A stretch of 64,000 nucleotides of DNA from a virus. Lineage: Duplodnaviria > Caudoviricetes. The notes under the pieces were generated by a model. It saw nothing but the letters and a program-made list of their open reading frames with translations. It searched no databases and had not been told where the DNA came from. Shown piece after piece: positions 9,706-20,476 of this stretch; the first letter of the stretch is position 1; each line of letters starts with the position of its first letter. The DNA lies in IMG/VR virus record IMGVR_UViG_3300021181_000004; one strand, given 5' to 3'. A program made the translations under genes and the position numbers.

Positions 9706-10605
9706 ATGAAGGGTACATTTAAAAAGATCGCAACGGCTAAAATTGAAGACCCGACCTTATCACTACGGGATTGGGAGAACATCTATGGGCAAAATACATT
9801 TGGCCTAAAAACTGCTTCTAATCGTAAAATTGCAGCGGAAACTAGTAAGTACCTGCTTTCTCACTGTACAATCATGAGCAGCGTGCAGACTGAGGAAGAC
9901 CCGTACGACTATCTCATCAGACCTGAGACATCTCACCTCGTCAATAACAATGACGATGCGTGGACGAATGAGGTCCTGAAATTATCCCATCGGAGTTTTG
10001 TTGGTGCATTCAATTTTGTCGAGCACTATCAGAATAGCGCCCATGCTAAGGGGCATATTCTTGATTCTGTCTTGCGCAAAGTAACCATCGGTTCTTGTTG
10101 GGTTTATTTCTGCGATATTCTTGTTGCTACAGATTTAGCACACACTCAACTGGTCACAGATATTCGTAATGAAAAAGTAAAATATTTGTCCATGGGTTGC
10201 GTGACAGATCTAGTCATTTGTTCTTATTGTGGTCAGCTTGTTACTGATGCAAGCACTTATTGCCACCATCTTGCTTTTCAAAAAGGAATGTTTCTTGCAG
10301 ATCAAGATGGCATCCCAAGAAGGATAGCTGAATTATGCGGGCATAAATCAATGCCTAACGGCGGTGTTAAGTTTGTAGAAGCTTCTTGGGTTGCAACTCC
10401 AGCCTTTCCTGGTGCATCTATGCGTAATGTCGTAGACTCGTCTTGGGAAGGTCCAAAGACTAAATACACCCAAGCTTCTAAAGAATCTAGTCACTTTGCT
10501 AAAGCAGCATCGGCAAAAACCCAACAAGATAATGACTTTGAACTACTAAATAGTAGGTACAGGAATGACGCCGTGGGCAACGCGGCTCTTCGGAGAATAC
10601 TTTAA
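9706..10605 (+). CDS. Prohead (capsid maturation) protease
   Basis: NNNDDAW, FVEH...KGHILD, LSMGC..VICSYCG, FVEASWVATPAFPGA; lies upstream of scaffold and MCP; ATG 9706 preferred over ORF-track 9646. Confidence 0.8.
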   Translation: MKGTFKKIATAKIEDPTLSLRDWENIYGQNTFGLKTASNRKIAAETSKYLLSHCTIMSSVQTEEDPYDYLIRPETSHLVNNNDDAWTNEVLKLSHRSFVGAFNFVEHYQNSAHAKGHILDSVLRKVTIGSCWVYFCDILVATDLAHTQLVTDIRNEKVKYLSMGCVTDLVICSYCGQLVTDASTYCHHLAFQKGMFLADQDGIPRRIAELCGHKSMPNGGVKFVEASWVATPAFPGASMRNVVDSSWEGPKTKYTQASKESSHFAKAASAKTQQDNDFELLNSRYRNDAVGNAALRRIL

Positions 10606-12839
10606 TGGCTAAGACCGTCACGGCTTCACAACTTCGCGCTGCTGTAAAAACAGCTCTTCAAAAGAAAGAAGCAGATCTTGACATGATGGATGACCAACTC
10701 CTCGGCATGGATGCAGAAATGCCTGCTGATACTATGTCTAACGACTTTGACATGCTCGCTCAGAAGCGCAACGATCTAGAAGATAATATCCGTAAGATGC
10801 GTGAGCGTATTGAGTTGATTAGCGCATGGGAACAATTGAAGAATGGCGATTGGTCCGAAGAAGTTAAAAATCTTCTTAAAGATCTTGATATGAACATCGC
10901 TGAAATCGCCGATAATTCCACAGGTGAAGTGGTACCTCCTGTGGGCATGGCAGCCCCGCCCGCCCCTGTACCACCAGTGGCACCTGGTGCACCAGCAGTA
11001 CCTCCTGTCGCCCCACCAGCTCCCGAAGTTACAGAAGCACTACCTGAGACTCCACCAGAAGAGACTCCTGCAGTAGAAGTCCCAGAGGGTGGAGAAGAAT
11101 TGCCCGGGACTACAGCTAGTAAAAAGAACGACTTCAGCAGTTCCAATAAGAAGGGCAATTTTGCCCCGGTGAAGAAGGAAGGCATTATGACTCAAACAGC
11201 AACTAAGCTTGCATTAAAGCCAGAACTTGTAGCAGCAAAGGCGGCTCGGGAATCGTTAGCAAAGACTCGTATCGCGGCAGCTTTCTCTATCGCCAAGACT
11301 ATGCTTCCTGGAGCACCCATTGAAGTTCACCGCGCATTTACAGCATCCCTTCTACAAAACAGCACCAAAGTTCTCAAAGCAGCGTTGCGCCAGACGGCGG
11401 TCAATGCCTATAACACTAAACTTGCCGATGATATTAAGCGCAAGCATAAGATGGAACTGAACGATCTTTTGGAAGAGCCATCCGTGCTCTCCGGCCTAAA
11501 GCGCGAAGTGGAAACCGAAGTCAAGGGTGACGCTAAGAATGCTTCGGGAAAGCAAGCTGATGATCGCAAAGACGCTGGTCCTCAGAACGAAACCTACAAC
11601 GATGGGCGTGGGTGTGGTGGTGGGACTCATACAGAACCCAAGGAAACCGACGCTGGCAAAGCTGGTGATCGCCCGGTTAATACTATTAACAAATCTGAAG
11701 AAGGCGACAAGGCCGTAAAGGCAGCCGCTGAAAAGTGCGCAGAGTGCAAGGACGGTAAGAAGTGTGCCAAGCATGCATCTGTAAAGCAGGCTCATGGCGA
11801 AGACTGCAAAGGTTGCGAGAAGTGCGAAGGCAAGAAAGCCGCACAATCTGCAATCAAAGCTGCTTCTGCTGCTTGCAAGGAATGTAAAGAAGGTTCCATG
11901 TGCAGTAAGCATGCTGCCGCTTCTAAGTACGCAGATGACATGCCTCCAATGGATGGTCCAGCAGAAGGCGTAGCTCCTGAAGGACCAGCAGGTGATGCTG
12001 GTGCAGCGCCCGTAGAAGAAGGTCCAGTGGGCGGTGATGCACCGTCTCCAGAAATGGGTGCGCCTGGTGCTGAAGCAGAAAGTACAACTGTCCTCACCGA
12101 AGAAAAGAAAATGGAAATGACCGAGAAAATTGACGAAGCTGAACAAGCCATTCAAGGTCTCTTGGCCGACATCGAAGGCGAGAACAACGCGGCTGAAGAA
12201 GGCGTTGCCGAAATGGCTGAACTGCCGGGCGGCGAAGTTGAAGGTCAGGGAGAAGAACTCAAGATTGAAGATATCTTTAATCAGGGTGAAATGGAAGACA
12301 AGGAAAGTTCCTTGGCGAACCAAGGCGATAATAGCGTTATGGCCGACGGAGACTCTGTTGAGAGCTTTTTTGGTCCAAGTGCGTCGTCAGAAATGGAAGC
12401 TTGCCTTGAACCACAGACCGCTTCTATTCAAGAGATGTTTTCTGTAGAGGGCAGTGACGCTGATCCAATGGCGGTTCTGTTTGGATCTACAAAGGAAGCA
12501 GGAGACGTTGCGGGAACGGATGTTCTTCCTTCCTTTACCAGCGAAACAGCAACGCACTTCCAGACAGATACATCCAAAGGCGATGGTCGTGATTCAGGCT
12601 CTGATCATGAGTCTGACATCTGGGCTGAAGCACTCGACTCTGTTAAGTTTGAAGACAGCGGTCAGAAGCGTGTAAAGCAAGATGAAACCAACGTTATGGA
12701 AGAAGCGCCGGAAGGCAAGAAGGCAGCACAGAAGAAAGCCGCCTACACTGGCCCAATTCGTCCGCAGGCACCAAAGCAGGCAGCAGGAGCTGATCTAGGA
12801 GAAGCTCTTCTGGGTTCGTTCTTTGGGGATGGTAAGTAA
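10605..12839 (+). CDS. Capsid scaffolding protein (acidic, K-x-A rich)
   Basis: 744 aa, coiled-coil N-terminus, E/A/P-rich, Cys-rich CxxC..C repeats; between protease and capsid genes. Confidence 0.65.
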   Translation: MAKTVTASQLRAAVKTALQKKEADLDMMDDQLLGMDAEMPADTMSNDFDMLAQKRNDLEDNIRKMRERIELISAWEQLKNGDWSEEVKNLLKDLDMNIAEIADNSTGEVVPPVGMAAPPAPVPPVAPGAPAVPPVAPPAPEVTEALPETPPEETPAVEVPEGGEELPGTTASKKNDFSSSNKKGNFAPVKKEGIMTQTATKLALKPELVAAKAARESLAKTRIAAAFSIAKTMLPGAPIEVHRAFTASLLQNSTKVLKAALRQTAVNAYNTKLADDIKRKHKMELNDLLEEPSVLSGLKREVETEVKGDAKNASGKQADDRKDAGPQNETYNDGRGCGGGTHTEPKETDAGKAGDRPVNTINKSEEGDKAVKAAAEKCAECKDGKKCAKHASVKQAHGEDCKGCEKCEGKKAAQSAIKAASAACKECKEGSMCSKHAAASKYADDMPPMDGPAEGVAPEGPAGDAGAAPVEEGPVGGDAPSPEMGAPGAEAESTTVLTEEKKMEMTEKIDEAEQAIQGLLADIEGENNAAEEGVAEMAELPGGEVEGQGEELKIEDIFNQGEMEDKESSLANQGDNSVMADGDSVESFFGPSASSEMEACLEPQTASIQEMFSVEGSDADPMAVLFGSTKEAGDVAGTDVLPSFTSETATHFQTDTSKGDGRDSGSDHESDIWAEALDSVKFEDSGQKRVKQDETNVMEEAPEGKKAAQKKAAYTGPIRPQAPKQAAGADLGEALLGSFFGDGK

Positions 12840-12930
12840 TTCCGAGATGGTGGGATCAGATTAGCTCTTGATCTAGCTGGTGAGCTTTGAGAGTTTTCTA
12901 CCCACTGAAAGCACCAGCAAAAGATTGACC

Positions 12931-12960
12931 AAGCGCCCTCAAAAGGGGCGCTTTCGTTTT
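12931..12960 (+). terminator. Intrinsic terminator
   Basis: aagcgccctc-aaaa-ggggcgctt followed by tcgtttt. Confidence 0.65.
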
Positions 12961-13004
12961 GCTCAATCCCTTGACTGCAGGAGTTTGGGAAGCATCGAGG
13001 CCTT

Positions 13005-13208
13005 TTATACCAATTTGAATGTCTGTTTGATCCCTTCAACCTCTTGAAGCAGTCCTTGCTTTACCAGAGCTTGAATCGTATTCCTCTGAATACGCTTTGT
13101 CCCGCCAGAGACGATAAAGGCCATACCGTACCAAAGGACAACAGTCTTGTATTCTGAGGCTTGGATCGCACGAAGAGCTTCTTGTTGAATTTTGGATAGG
13201 TTGGACAT
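13005..13208 (-). CDS. Small winged-helix-like hypothetical protein
   Basis: 67 aa, IQRNTIQALVKQGLL; apparent leaderless start 5 nt after TAGAAT. Confidence 0.5.
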   Translation of the reverse strand: MSNLSKIQQEALRAIQASEYKTVVLWYGMAFIVSGGTKRIQRNTIQALVKQGLLQEVEGIKQTFKLV

Positions 13209-13442
13209 GTTCTATTCTACGCTTTAATTTCATGGGGCGGGTATGAGTGTTGCCCCACTTTTGCTATTCCGTTTGCCCCAGATAAAACCGCTATTTCGCT
13301 AAGTGATTCACTAATGAATAAAATTTCCGTATTCCTGTCATTAAAATGAACGGCTTGCCTTCTTCTATAGTTCTTGCCTCACGGCTGAATTGGAATCGGG
13401 CAAATTCAAACCAAGCTGTTCTTTCAAAAGAGGGAAAATCTC

Positions 13443-13952
13443 ATGTTGAAACTTGATTACTATGGTAGCAACGATGGAACTACAGTTCCAGACGTTGTTC
13501 TCACTGGCGATCCCGGAACGGATCAAGCAACATTAACTGCTGCTGGATATCTCGGAGGCCGTCTCATGGAAATTGAGGCAGTCGCCGTTAACCAGCCACA
13601 GGTTGCAGGTTCCCCGGTAATTGTCCCGTACAACGGCGATCAGTCATTACAGCCGCCTTACGGTGCATTGCTCAACGGTCCCGGCGAATTCGCTGGTGCA
13701 ATTGGGCCTTCAGGATCTCGCAAGGCTCCAGTAGTTCGCGCCCTGTGGCGTGGATCACTGTCTAGCGAATCTTACGACACGACTGACGCAGGCTTTACAA
13801 TGGGTCAGTATGTGTATGGCGGCGGAACTGTTCACAGCAATGTGGGCATGTACGCAGCCACGAACAAGGGCGCAAACTCGCCAGCAGTTGGCATTTGCAC
13901 TCACGTCCCGTCCGTCGCGGAGCCTTGGCTCAGCGTGGCGTCGTTACTGTAA
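13443..13952 (+). CDS. Head decoration / capsid cement protein
   Basis: 169 aa directly upstream of MCP; GEFAGAIGPSGSRKAPV...YDT..FTMGQYVY; GAGGG SD. Confidence 0.65.
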   Translation: MLKLDYYGSNDGTTVPDVVLTGDPGTDQATLTAAGYLGGRLMEIEAVAVNQPQVAGSPVIVPYNGDQSLQPPYGALLNGPGEFAGAIGPSGSRKAPVVRALWRGSLSSESYDTTDAGFTMGQYVYGGGTVHSNVGMYAATNKGANSPAVGICTHVPSVAEPWLSVASLL

Positions 13953-13979
13953 GGACGAAAGGGAAAAAGGAGAAAACAC

Positions 13980-14939
13980 ATGCCTAGCCTATCTCGTACA
14001 CAACAGCAGACGGCCATGCTCGGTCAACTCTTGAAGACCGCAGGTGGACGTCAGAAGTTGGCGGCATCACTGGGACCGTCCCTACGCCGTCGTCGTGACT
14101 ATATGAGCATTGCTCGCAAGGCTCTTATGGTCGAAACACTACCAGATGGCGCACTACCCATCTACGATAAGGAATTCGATACGCAGGCTGAAACCGTCGG
14201 AACAACGGCTGGTGGATCCTTCGTAGAAGCATTCGTAATCGGAGAAGAGGGTGGAGACGTTGTCCGTGTCACCAAGCCAAAGCGCGTCACTGTTCCGACG
14301 TTTGAAATCGCGGCTAACCCCATGATTCCAATTACTCAGATCAAGGAACGTCGTTTTGACCTTGTGGCTCGTTCTCTGAACTTGGCCAAGGCCGAAGTGG
14401 GCGCGCAAGAAGACGCTTACATCTTCACCTTGTTCGATCAGATCGCAAACGCGGCAGCAGGAAAGTCCACGTTCGATCCAATCTACAACCCGGATATCGC
14501 GATCAACGCACCCGTGGACATCAACTCTATTGCTGATGCCTTCGGTCAGGTGCAGCGTCACGACATCTCTGTGAACTTCATTTTCTTTAATCCGCGCGAC
14601 TATACGGATCTGTTGAAGTGGACGCAGCAGAATATCGACCGTGAGACGCAGCGCAAGCTGTTGAAGACGGGCGTTATGGGTTATCTCTGGGGAGCAACGC
14701 TCTTACAGTCACGTCGTGTTGGCTACGGCTGCATCTACGTACTGGCGGACGCAGAGTTCCTGGGCGTCATCCCTGAGCGTATTCCGCTCACAGTCATGTC
14801 GGCTGATCGTCCTGACCTTCGTCAGATTGGTTTCTCGATCTTTGAGAACCTCGGCTTCCTCGTTTTCAACCCGAGCGGAGTTCAGCGTCTGACGGTCAAT
14901 GGTCGCTTCAGTGCGGGCACTAACTACGGTGAACAGTAA
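13980..14939 (+). CDS. Major capsid protein (HK97 fold)
   Basis: 319 aa; [48 protein letters not shown]...[17 protein letters not shown]; strong codon bias; followed by a terminator. Confidence 0.9.
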   Translation: MPSLSRTQQQTAMLGQLLKTAGGRQKLAASLGPSLRRRRDYMSIARKALMVETLPDGALPIYDKEFDTQAETVGTTAGGSFVEAFVIGEEGGDVVRVTKPKRVTVPTFEIAANPMIPITQIKERRFDLVARSLNLAKAEVGAQEDAYIFTLFDQIANAAAGKSTFDPIYNPDIAINAPVDINSIADAFGQVQRHDISVNFIFFNPRDYTDLLKWTQQNIDRETQRKLLKTGVMGYLWGATLLQSRRVGYGCIYVLADAEFLGVIPERIPLTVMSADRPDLRQIGFSIFENLGFLVFNPSGVQRLTVNGRFSAGTNYGEQ

Positions 14940-14959
14940 AACGTTCGCTACCACAACTC

Positions 14960-14998
14960 AAACGGCTCCCGAGAAATTGGGAGCCGTTTTTATTTTTT
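14960..14998 (+). terminator. Intrinsic terminator after MCP
   Basis: aaacggctccc / gggagccgttt stem plus T-rich tail. Confidence 0.85.
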
Positions 14999-15030
14999 AC
15001 AATATCAAAATACCAATCGAGGGATTGAAA

Positions 15031-15663
15031 ATGAAACTCTATCGTGTTCTTGTCGCTGTTCTATTATTAGCAATATGTTCCTTTGCCCAAACAGGCCCGG
15101 CTGGCAGTTCGATTGCATACGACTCTACCCAAAATTGTGGGCTGCCTCAGCTTAATTTCACACTTATATGTTATGGACCAACTTCAGTCCAAGTGTCTTA
15201 TAACGATGCACCCTATTCAGTATTCGGTGCAACTGGGCCTCAAGGGCCAGCAGGACCGACCGGGCCAACTGGTTTAACGGGAGCAACAGGTCCTCAAGGC
15301 ACTACTGGTCTCACTGGAGCACAAGGACCTATTGGACAAACGGGTGCGATTGGCCCAATAGGATTAACAGGCGCTACTGGGGATGCTGGTCCAACAGGAG
15401 CCACTGGCCCGACTGGCGCTACAGGACCCACTGGATTAACAGGTGCAACGGGTGCTGCCGGAGCTACTGGGCCAAAAGGAGCCACTGGTGCCACAGGTGC
15501 CCCCGGACCACAGGGGTTAACAGGTGCAACGGGCGCTACAGGACCCACTGGACCTCAAGGTCCTATTGGACCAAATTGGTCGACTTGTTCGTTTACAGTA
15601 TCAAATTATACGATCAAGGGACAGACAATCGTTGGAACGCTTAAAGTGACTGGATGCTCTTAA
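15031..15663 (+). CDS. Collagen-like (G-X-Y) protein with signal peptide
   Basis: Uninterrupted GAT/GPT/GPQ triplets about 15230-15570; [19 protein letters not shown] signal-like N-terminus; GAGGG SD before ATG 15031. Confidence 0.9.
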   Translation: MKLYRVLVAVLLLAICSFAQTGPAGSSIAYDSTQNCGLPQLNFTLICYGPTSVQVSYNDAPYSVFGATGPQGPAGPTGPTGLTGATGPQGTTGLTGAQGPIGQTGAIGPIGLTGATGDAGPTGATGPTGATGPTGLTGATGAAGATGPKGATGATGAPGPQGLTGATGATGPTGPQGPIGPNWSTCSFTVSNYTIKGQTIVGTLKVTGCS

Positions 15664-16034
15664 GACTAAAGCTTCGTTTGTTATTTTTGATGATCGCAGC
15701 TGTAGCCTCGGGTCAGGTTATTGTCACAGGTACAGCTGCGGTATCCGGTTCGAGCCTGAAAATTTCTGGAGTTACCTCTAAAAGTGTTAAACTCACTTGG
15801 GGTGCGTCGCCAGCCTCTATACCGCCTGTAACAGTTACTGGTTATAATGTCTATCGATCTACCACAACTGGTGGCCCTTATCAGAAGATATCCCCGATTG
15901 CCATTCTGCCTTCGGGCAATCTTGTCTTTACGGACATCAACGTTAACCATGGCACGACTTACTATTATGTGACTACGGCATTAGGGAATGGTAAGGAAAG
16001 CATGTATTCTAATCAAGCCACGGCGTCTCCCTAG
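15654..16034 (+). CDS. Fibronectin type III domain protein with signal-like N-terminus
   Basis: VKLTW...[16 protein letters not shown]...[14 protein letters not shown]...ES.YSN. Confidence 0.85.
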   Translation: MLLRLKLRLLFLMIAAVASGQVIVTGTAAVSGSSLKISGVTSKSVKLTWGASPASIPPVTVTGYNVYRSTTTGGPYQKISPIAILPSGNLVFTDINVNHGTTYYYVTTALGNGKESMYSNQATASP

Positions 16035-16119
16035 ATAAGGAGGCAGATACATCACGTCTTCGAAAAAGAAAGACAAGGTACAAATCGCAGTATTCAATAG
16101 ATTGCTGGAGCTTTCTTAA

Positions 16120-16518
16120 ATGCAGAAATCCTTTGTTGTCAAAGCTACTCTGTGTATAGAAGAATGTCAGTTTTATCTTAGAGCTGGCGATGTCATCATG
16201 TACGAATCTGTGGGGCACCGTCTCACGGTCTACCGTGCTAATGAGATTGTAAAAACTTTGAAACAGACCCCGTTAGGTATCTCGGCGATGGTAAAGACTG
16301 GAATCCTTCAAGAAGTTATAGCACCTTCGCCTGTGGCTGTCCCAGCCCCTGCAAAGTTGTCCCCAGCAATCGAAGCCACTCCTCAAACTCCTCCTAAACC
16401 CTCAAAGAAGACAGGTCTTACTGCAGAGGAGTTTACCCCCGCAGTCAAGCGCGGTAAGGCTCAACCGAAAGAAGTATCTGTGGACCAGCTCCCAACTGCA
16501 CTTCAAGAACTCGTTTAA
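16120..16518 (+). CDS. Hypothetical protein
   Basis: 132 aa ORF with a P/A-rich tail, in operon orientation. Confidence 0.6.
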   Translation: MQKSFVVKATLCIEECQFYLRAGDVIMYESVGHRLTVYRANEIVKTLKQTPLGISAMVKTGILQEVIAPSPVAVPAPAKLSPAIEATPQTPPKPSKKTGLTAEEFTPAVKRGKAQPKEVSVDQLPTALQELV

Positions 16519-16567
16519 TCCTTTCTGTCACAGAACTTCCCGCTTTCTTAGTGAGGGGAATTCTCGG

Positions 16568-17539
16568 ATGGATCGCATCTACATTTCAGCCAAACTTAGT
16601 CAATGGATGGACCCAACAACTCACAAAGTTGCAATTTCCCTGCCAGAAATTTTACAACAAACTAACAATTTCTCTGTAAAGAATCGCCCTGGTTGTACTC
16701 CCACATTACAGGATAGTAATCCCCAAGATTTATACCTACAATACAATGTAAAATGCCAACTTTCTACGAGCGACCCGGCTGGTCACGATGTGCGTGTTCA
16801 TTTTGATGTGGATAAGGTTGAGGAAACTAATCAAGCTAAAGATTTAGACATTCGTTGTTCTTGTTCCTGCCCGGCGTTTCTGTATTGGGGAGCTCAATGG
16901 AATCTTCACCAACGGGACGGCCTGGAGGGAGAGCCGCGCCCAATACTTGCGCCTCCCACAGAACGATTAGATCTACGCTCGCATTTTGTTATCTGCAAAC
17001 ATTGCAAATCCGTAATGGAACGCATCCTGCCCGCTGTGCAGCACAATATTGTTAACATTCTTCGTGAAAAAGAAGTTGCAGAAAAGAAACAAAAGGAAGA
17101 GCAAGAGCCCGGACGTCTTAAGCATGAACAGGATCGCATGCGTCGTAAACAAGTGATCGACAAGATCAGAAAGACAAAGAATAAGAAGCTCCAAGAAAAG
17201 ATGCTTGAGCAATTAAAACTTCAAGAAGAGGAACAGCTTGAGCACATTCAAGAATTGAATGAGGAAGAGAACAAATCTAAAGGTGTTCCCGAGCAGGCTT
17301 TGCATCATCATGAAGTTCAACGGGATCAGCCCGCTACATTACCAATTCAGGAAGAACATGCAAAAACTCCAAGTTGGATGAAGCTCCCTGGTGTATATCA
17401 ATCCCCAGAAGAGAAGAAGATGTTAGAGGATCTTGAAAAAGAAGAGCTAAAGAAAGAAAATCCGAGCAAAATTAAACAGCTTCTAAATCATCGTAAGCAA
17501 ACTAGCTTAATGGCTGCAGAAATGGCGGGAGATATATAA
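16568..17539 (+). CDS. SWIM zinc-finger protein
   Basis: IRCSCSCPAFLYWG...ICKHC (CxCx(n)CxH); charged coiled-coil C-terminus. Confidence 0.75.
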   Translation: MDRIYISAKLSQWMDPTTHKVAISLPEILQQTNNFSVKNRPGCTPTLQDSNPQDLYLQYNVKCQLSTSDPAGHDVRVHFDVDKVEETNQAKDLDIRCSCSCPAFLYWGAQWNLHQRDGLEGEPRPILAPPTERLDLRSHFVICKHCKSVMERILPAVQHNIVNILREKEVAEKKQKEEQEPGRLKHEQDRMRRKQVIDKIRKTKNKKLQEKMLEQLKLQEEEQLEHIQELNEEENKSKGVPEQALHHHEVQRDQPATLPIQEEHAKTPSWMKLPGVYQSPEEKKMLEDLEKEELKKENPSKIKQLLNHRKQTSLMAAEMAGDI

Positions 17540-18219
17540 TGTACGCCGAAACTAATGCGCCGTACCCTAACCGGGTTCAACTCGTTCTCGGTCCCACTAA
17601 TAATATTGGCTGGGGCTTATTTTGGGGAGAATATTGGGGCAGCAGCGGTTCTTCGTCAACCACCACTGGCCCATTTTTCCAGAATGGACCTCTGGGCTTG
17701 TTTAACCCAAGTCGCGATCTCCAAGTTTATGCAGACGGACAACTTCTACCAGTGCAGACTTGGTCGTTTGACTCAACTTACAATCGGTATCTTCTCTACA
17801 TGGCTACACAGTTCAATTTGCAAGGAGCAATTCAACTTGTATCCCACATGCCCAATCCTCCATTTCAAAGTGTGGAGACTAACATTATCCCCGGTTTTGC
17901 ACTGTTGGCTAGTTACAGCACACTCGGAGATGGGATCTTATCGGCTTCGATGAATCTTGCGGTAGTGCCTTCCTCAACAATGCCATTTTCTTCAGTGATT
18001 CTAATCTGGAGCACTATAAATGTAGCACAAATTGAGATTACAACACCAGGTAGCCCTCCGCTGTTTAGCACAGGAAAAATTGCGACATCGGGAATCGGCA
18101 TATATCCTGTGTCGGAAGGTTTCGCCTCTACAACTACATTTACAATGAATGGGTACGATGCTCTTGGAAATCCCATAGCAGGACTTCTTCCTGTGTCTGC
18201 AATCTTAACTATCATCTGA
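17539..18219 (+). CDS. Putative virion structural protein
   Basis: 226 aa, S/T/G/P-rich beta-type sequence, overlaps the previous stop. Confidence 0.55.
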   Translation: MYAETNAPYPNRVQLVLGPTNNIGWGLFWGEYWGSSGSSSTTTGPFFQNGPLGLFNPSRDLQVYADGQLLPVQTWSFDSTYNRYLLYMATQFNLQGAIQLVSHMPNPPFQSVETNIIPGFALLASYSTLGDGILSASMNLAVVPSSTMPFSSVILIWSTINVAQIEITTPGSPPLFSTGKIATSGIGIYPVSEGFASTTTFTMNGYDALGNPIAGLLPVSAILTII

Positions 18220-18234
18220 TAAATAGAGGCACCA

Positions 18235-19371
18235 ATGATTTCATTTGGACCAAAGATTCCATCACTTTATGTAAGTGCAGCGCAGGGTGACAATTACTAC
18301 ACTGTAGGTGAAGCTCTACTTCGTGCTTTGCAGACTCTTTTGCAAGCAAATGTCATCAGTGTGGTATTATCCACCCCTCCTTCTTCGCCTAACAATGGGA
18401 ATACTTATGTAGTGGGTACGAGTCCAACAGGAGTTTGGGCTGGACAAGCCGATAATTTAGCCTATTGGTCTACTGATAATCCAACAGCTCCTTCTGGAGA
18501 ATGGGAGTTTTATTCACCTCTTGCGGGATGGATTGTTGGCAACCAAGCCAATGGTCAGGCATATATTTATACGGGGTCAACTTGGGTCCAAATTGGGCCT
18601 AGCACCTCGTTTGCGAACCTTACCAGTGGTGTCAACAATTCCGCTGATATGACTGTGGCCAGTGGTGGGGTATTGACGTTTTCTGGGTCTGGTCAGATTA
18701 ATGCTAATGCAATTTCTGGGATTGTTTCAAATGGTGCTGCGCCGTCCACTGGCATGATTTTGGCAGCAGTAAGTCCCACAACAATGGGTTGGGTGAGCCC
18801 CACCTTTGCAACTCTAACAAGCGGCGTCAATACCTCCGCTACTATGACGGTTGGCCCCGGTGCGAAACTTACCTTTAGTGGTGCAGGTTCCCCACCGTCA
18901 GAAGGTGAGGTTAATGCCAATTTCTTGTACGGCATTCAGATAAATAGCACAGCGCCAACCGCAGGTCAAATATTGACCGCCGTAAGTTCTACAGTGGCTG
19001 GCTGGGTAAATGCAGCTCAAGATATTCCATTTTATCAACCGGGGACATACACTGCTAATCAACAGTTGCTGAGAATTTCATTAACAAGAGCAGCAACATA
19101 CCCCGCAGGATTAACAGGTTCATTGGCCACTTGTGATGTTGCACCCACAGGAAGTGTGCAGATTACTATCTATAAGGGAACCGCAACGTCACTCGGATCT
19201 GCTGTTGGTACGATAAACTTTGCGGCTTCATCTCAAGTTGGAACATTCACTTTAGCTTCCCCTCTTAGTATCAATGGCACAAGCGATGTGCTGTACTTTG
19301 TTGCACCGTCTTCTCCCGATGCGACGTTTGCCGGGGCGAGTGCAACACTTCACGGGTCTCGCAGCAATTAA
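18235..19371 (+). CDS. DUF2793-like fibre/appendage protein with internal tandem repeat
   Basis: LSTPPSSP..G.TYVVG..PTGVWAGQ...AYW...W.FYSP..GW motif; two ~70-aa repeats (FANLTSGVNNSADMTV / FATLTSGVNTSATMTV). Confidence 0.75.
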   Translation: MISFGPKIPSLYVSAAQGDNYYTVGEALLRALQTLLQANVISVVLSTPPSSPNNGNTYVVGTSPTGVWAGQADNLAYWSTDNPTAPSGEWEFYSPLAGWIVGNQANGQAYIYTGSTWVQIGPSTSFANLTSGVNNSADMTVASGGVLTFSGSGQINANAISGIVSNGAAPSTGMILAAVSPTTMGWVSPTFATLTSGVNTSATMTVGPGAKLTFSGAGSPPSEGEVNANFLYGIQINSTAPTAGQILTAVSSTVAGWVNAAQDIPFYQPGTYTANQQLLRISLTRAATYPAGLTGSLATCDVAPTGSVQITIYKGTATSLGSAVGTINFAASSQVGTFTLASPLSINGTSDVLYFVAPSSPDATFAGASATLHGSRSN

Positions 19372-20133
19372 ATGTTTACACTGGTTAACAAAACGATCTA
19401 TCAAAATCCGGGTAATGTTTTCACCCACACTGTGACACTTGTTAACCCGGCCAGTGTCAACAATCTTTTATTGATTGTTACGACTAGACCGAATCAAAAC
19501 TTATTTTCCAGCACAACCGTCAGTAATGCTCAGCCTGTAACAGGCTTTCAGCCTTTAATCATAGCATCTGCGGGAGGAACTGCTCCGCCGTGGCCCTCAA
19601 CATGCCCGGCTATGAATTCTTATGCGATAGTAGTTTCAAGCACCATCACTAGCGTTAGCTTCAGTCCTAGCATTGGAAATAATCCTGCTTCCATAGCAGT
19701 TTACGAATTTTCCTGCACTGATGCTGTAGATTCCCTTTCCAATAACGTCTTCCCCCCGATATTCGCTGGAGGTAATAGCATGGTTAGCTCGATAAATTCG
19801 GGCGGTGTAGCAGAAGGAAATGCTGAACTAGATAGCAATCTGTATTTTGGTATGATGTTCACAGGCTCAGTTGGAGAGTTTAGCGGTTTTCCTTCAAACT
19901 TTAATGTAGACCTGTTTTCTCATGGAACTCCATCAGGAGGATCCCCTCCACCTACTGACCCAAATAGTATGGCGGTAGGCTGGTACATTGGGAATGGAAC
20001 ACAAAGTTTTTCGGCAAACATTAGTCCCAATGATTTTTCTGCTGTTATCCTTGGAGGTTTGTTTGATGATTCCACTGGGTCACCTCCACTACCCCCGTCT
20101 GTAGTACGCCCAAGCGTGTTTTTTGTTCAATAA
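19372..20133 (+). CDS. Putative virion structural/fibre protein
   Basis: 253 aa S/G/N/P-rich, abutting the previous gene. Confidence 0.55.
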   Translation: MFTLVNKTIYQNPGNVFTHTVTLVNPASVNNLLLIVTTRPNQNLFSSTTVSNAQPVTGFQPLIIASAGGTAPPWPSTCPAMNSYAIVVSSTITSVSFSPSIGNNPASIAVYEFSCTDAVDSLSNNVFPPIFAGGNSMVSSINSGGVAEGNAELDSNLYFGMMFTGSVGEFSGFPSNFNVDLFSHGTPSGGSPPPTDPNSMAVGWYIGNGTQSFSANISPNDFSAVILGGLFDDSTGSPPLPPSVVRPSVFFVQ

Positions 20134-20208
20134 TACAGTAAGATAGCATAAATCGCAACTACCAGATATTTCAATAGAACACACTTTTCCGTGTGAGGAG
20201 CTAACCAT

Positions 20209-20451
20209 ATGGCCGCAGAAACAGTTAAGAAAATCGCAGCAGCTGACGCAGGAGTGATCAACTCATTGTACGCCAGTGAAGTTACCCGTCTTGCAAAATC
20301 CGCAGGTGAGGTCGACACCAAAGAAGAAGGTCCAACCCCGGCTGACGCACAAGCGTTTAAGGATCACGAGGATTACATAAGCACTCTTGAAAGCGTAATG
20401 GCTGATGATAAGAAAAATAGTCTAAATGCCAATGATGCTCTGATTGACTAA
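20209..20451 (+). CDS. Small acidic putative head protein
   Basis: 80 aa, GAGGAG SD, KIAAA motif. Confidence 0.6.
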   Translation: MAAETVKKIAAADAGVINSLYASEVTRLAKSAGEVDTKEEGPTPADAQAFKDHEDYISTLESVMADDKKNSLNANDALID

Positions 20452-20476
20452 TCTTTTAGAATGAAGGGATTAGCAA

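Noticed and set aside
11496-12323. Long antisense ORFs (also 3773-4537, 31051-31566, 46964-47626, 50679-51314, 54592-55068)
   Set aside because: Shadows of well-supported genes on the opposite strand, with no motifs or RBS.
14899-15030. Extended N-terminus of the collagen ORF
   Set aside because: It overlaps the MCP end and crosses the terminator; ATG 15031 has an SD and a signal peptide.
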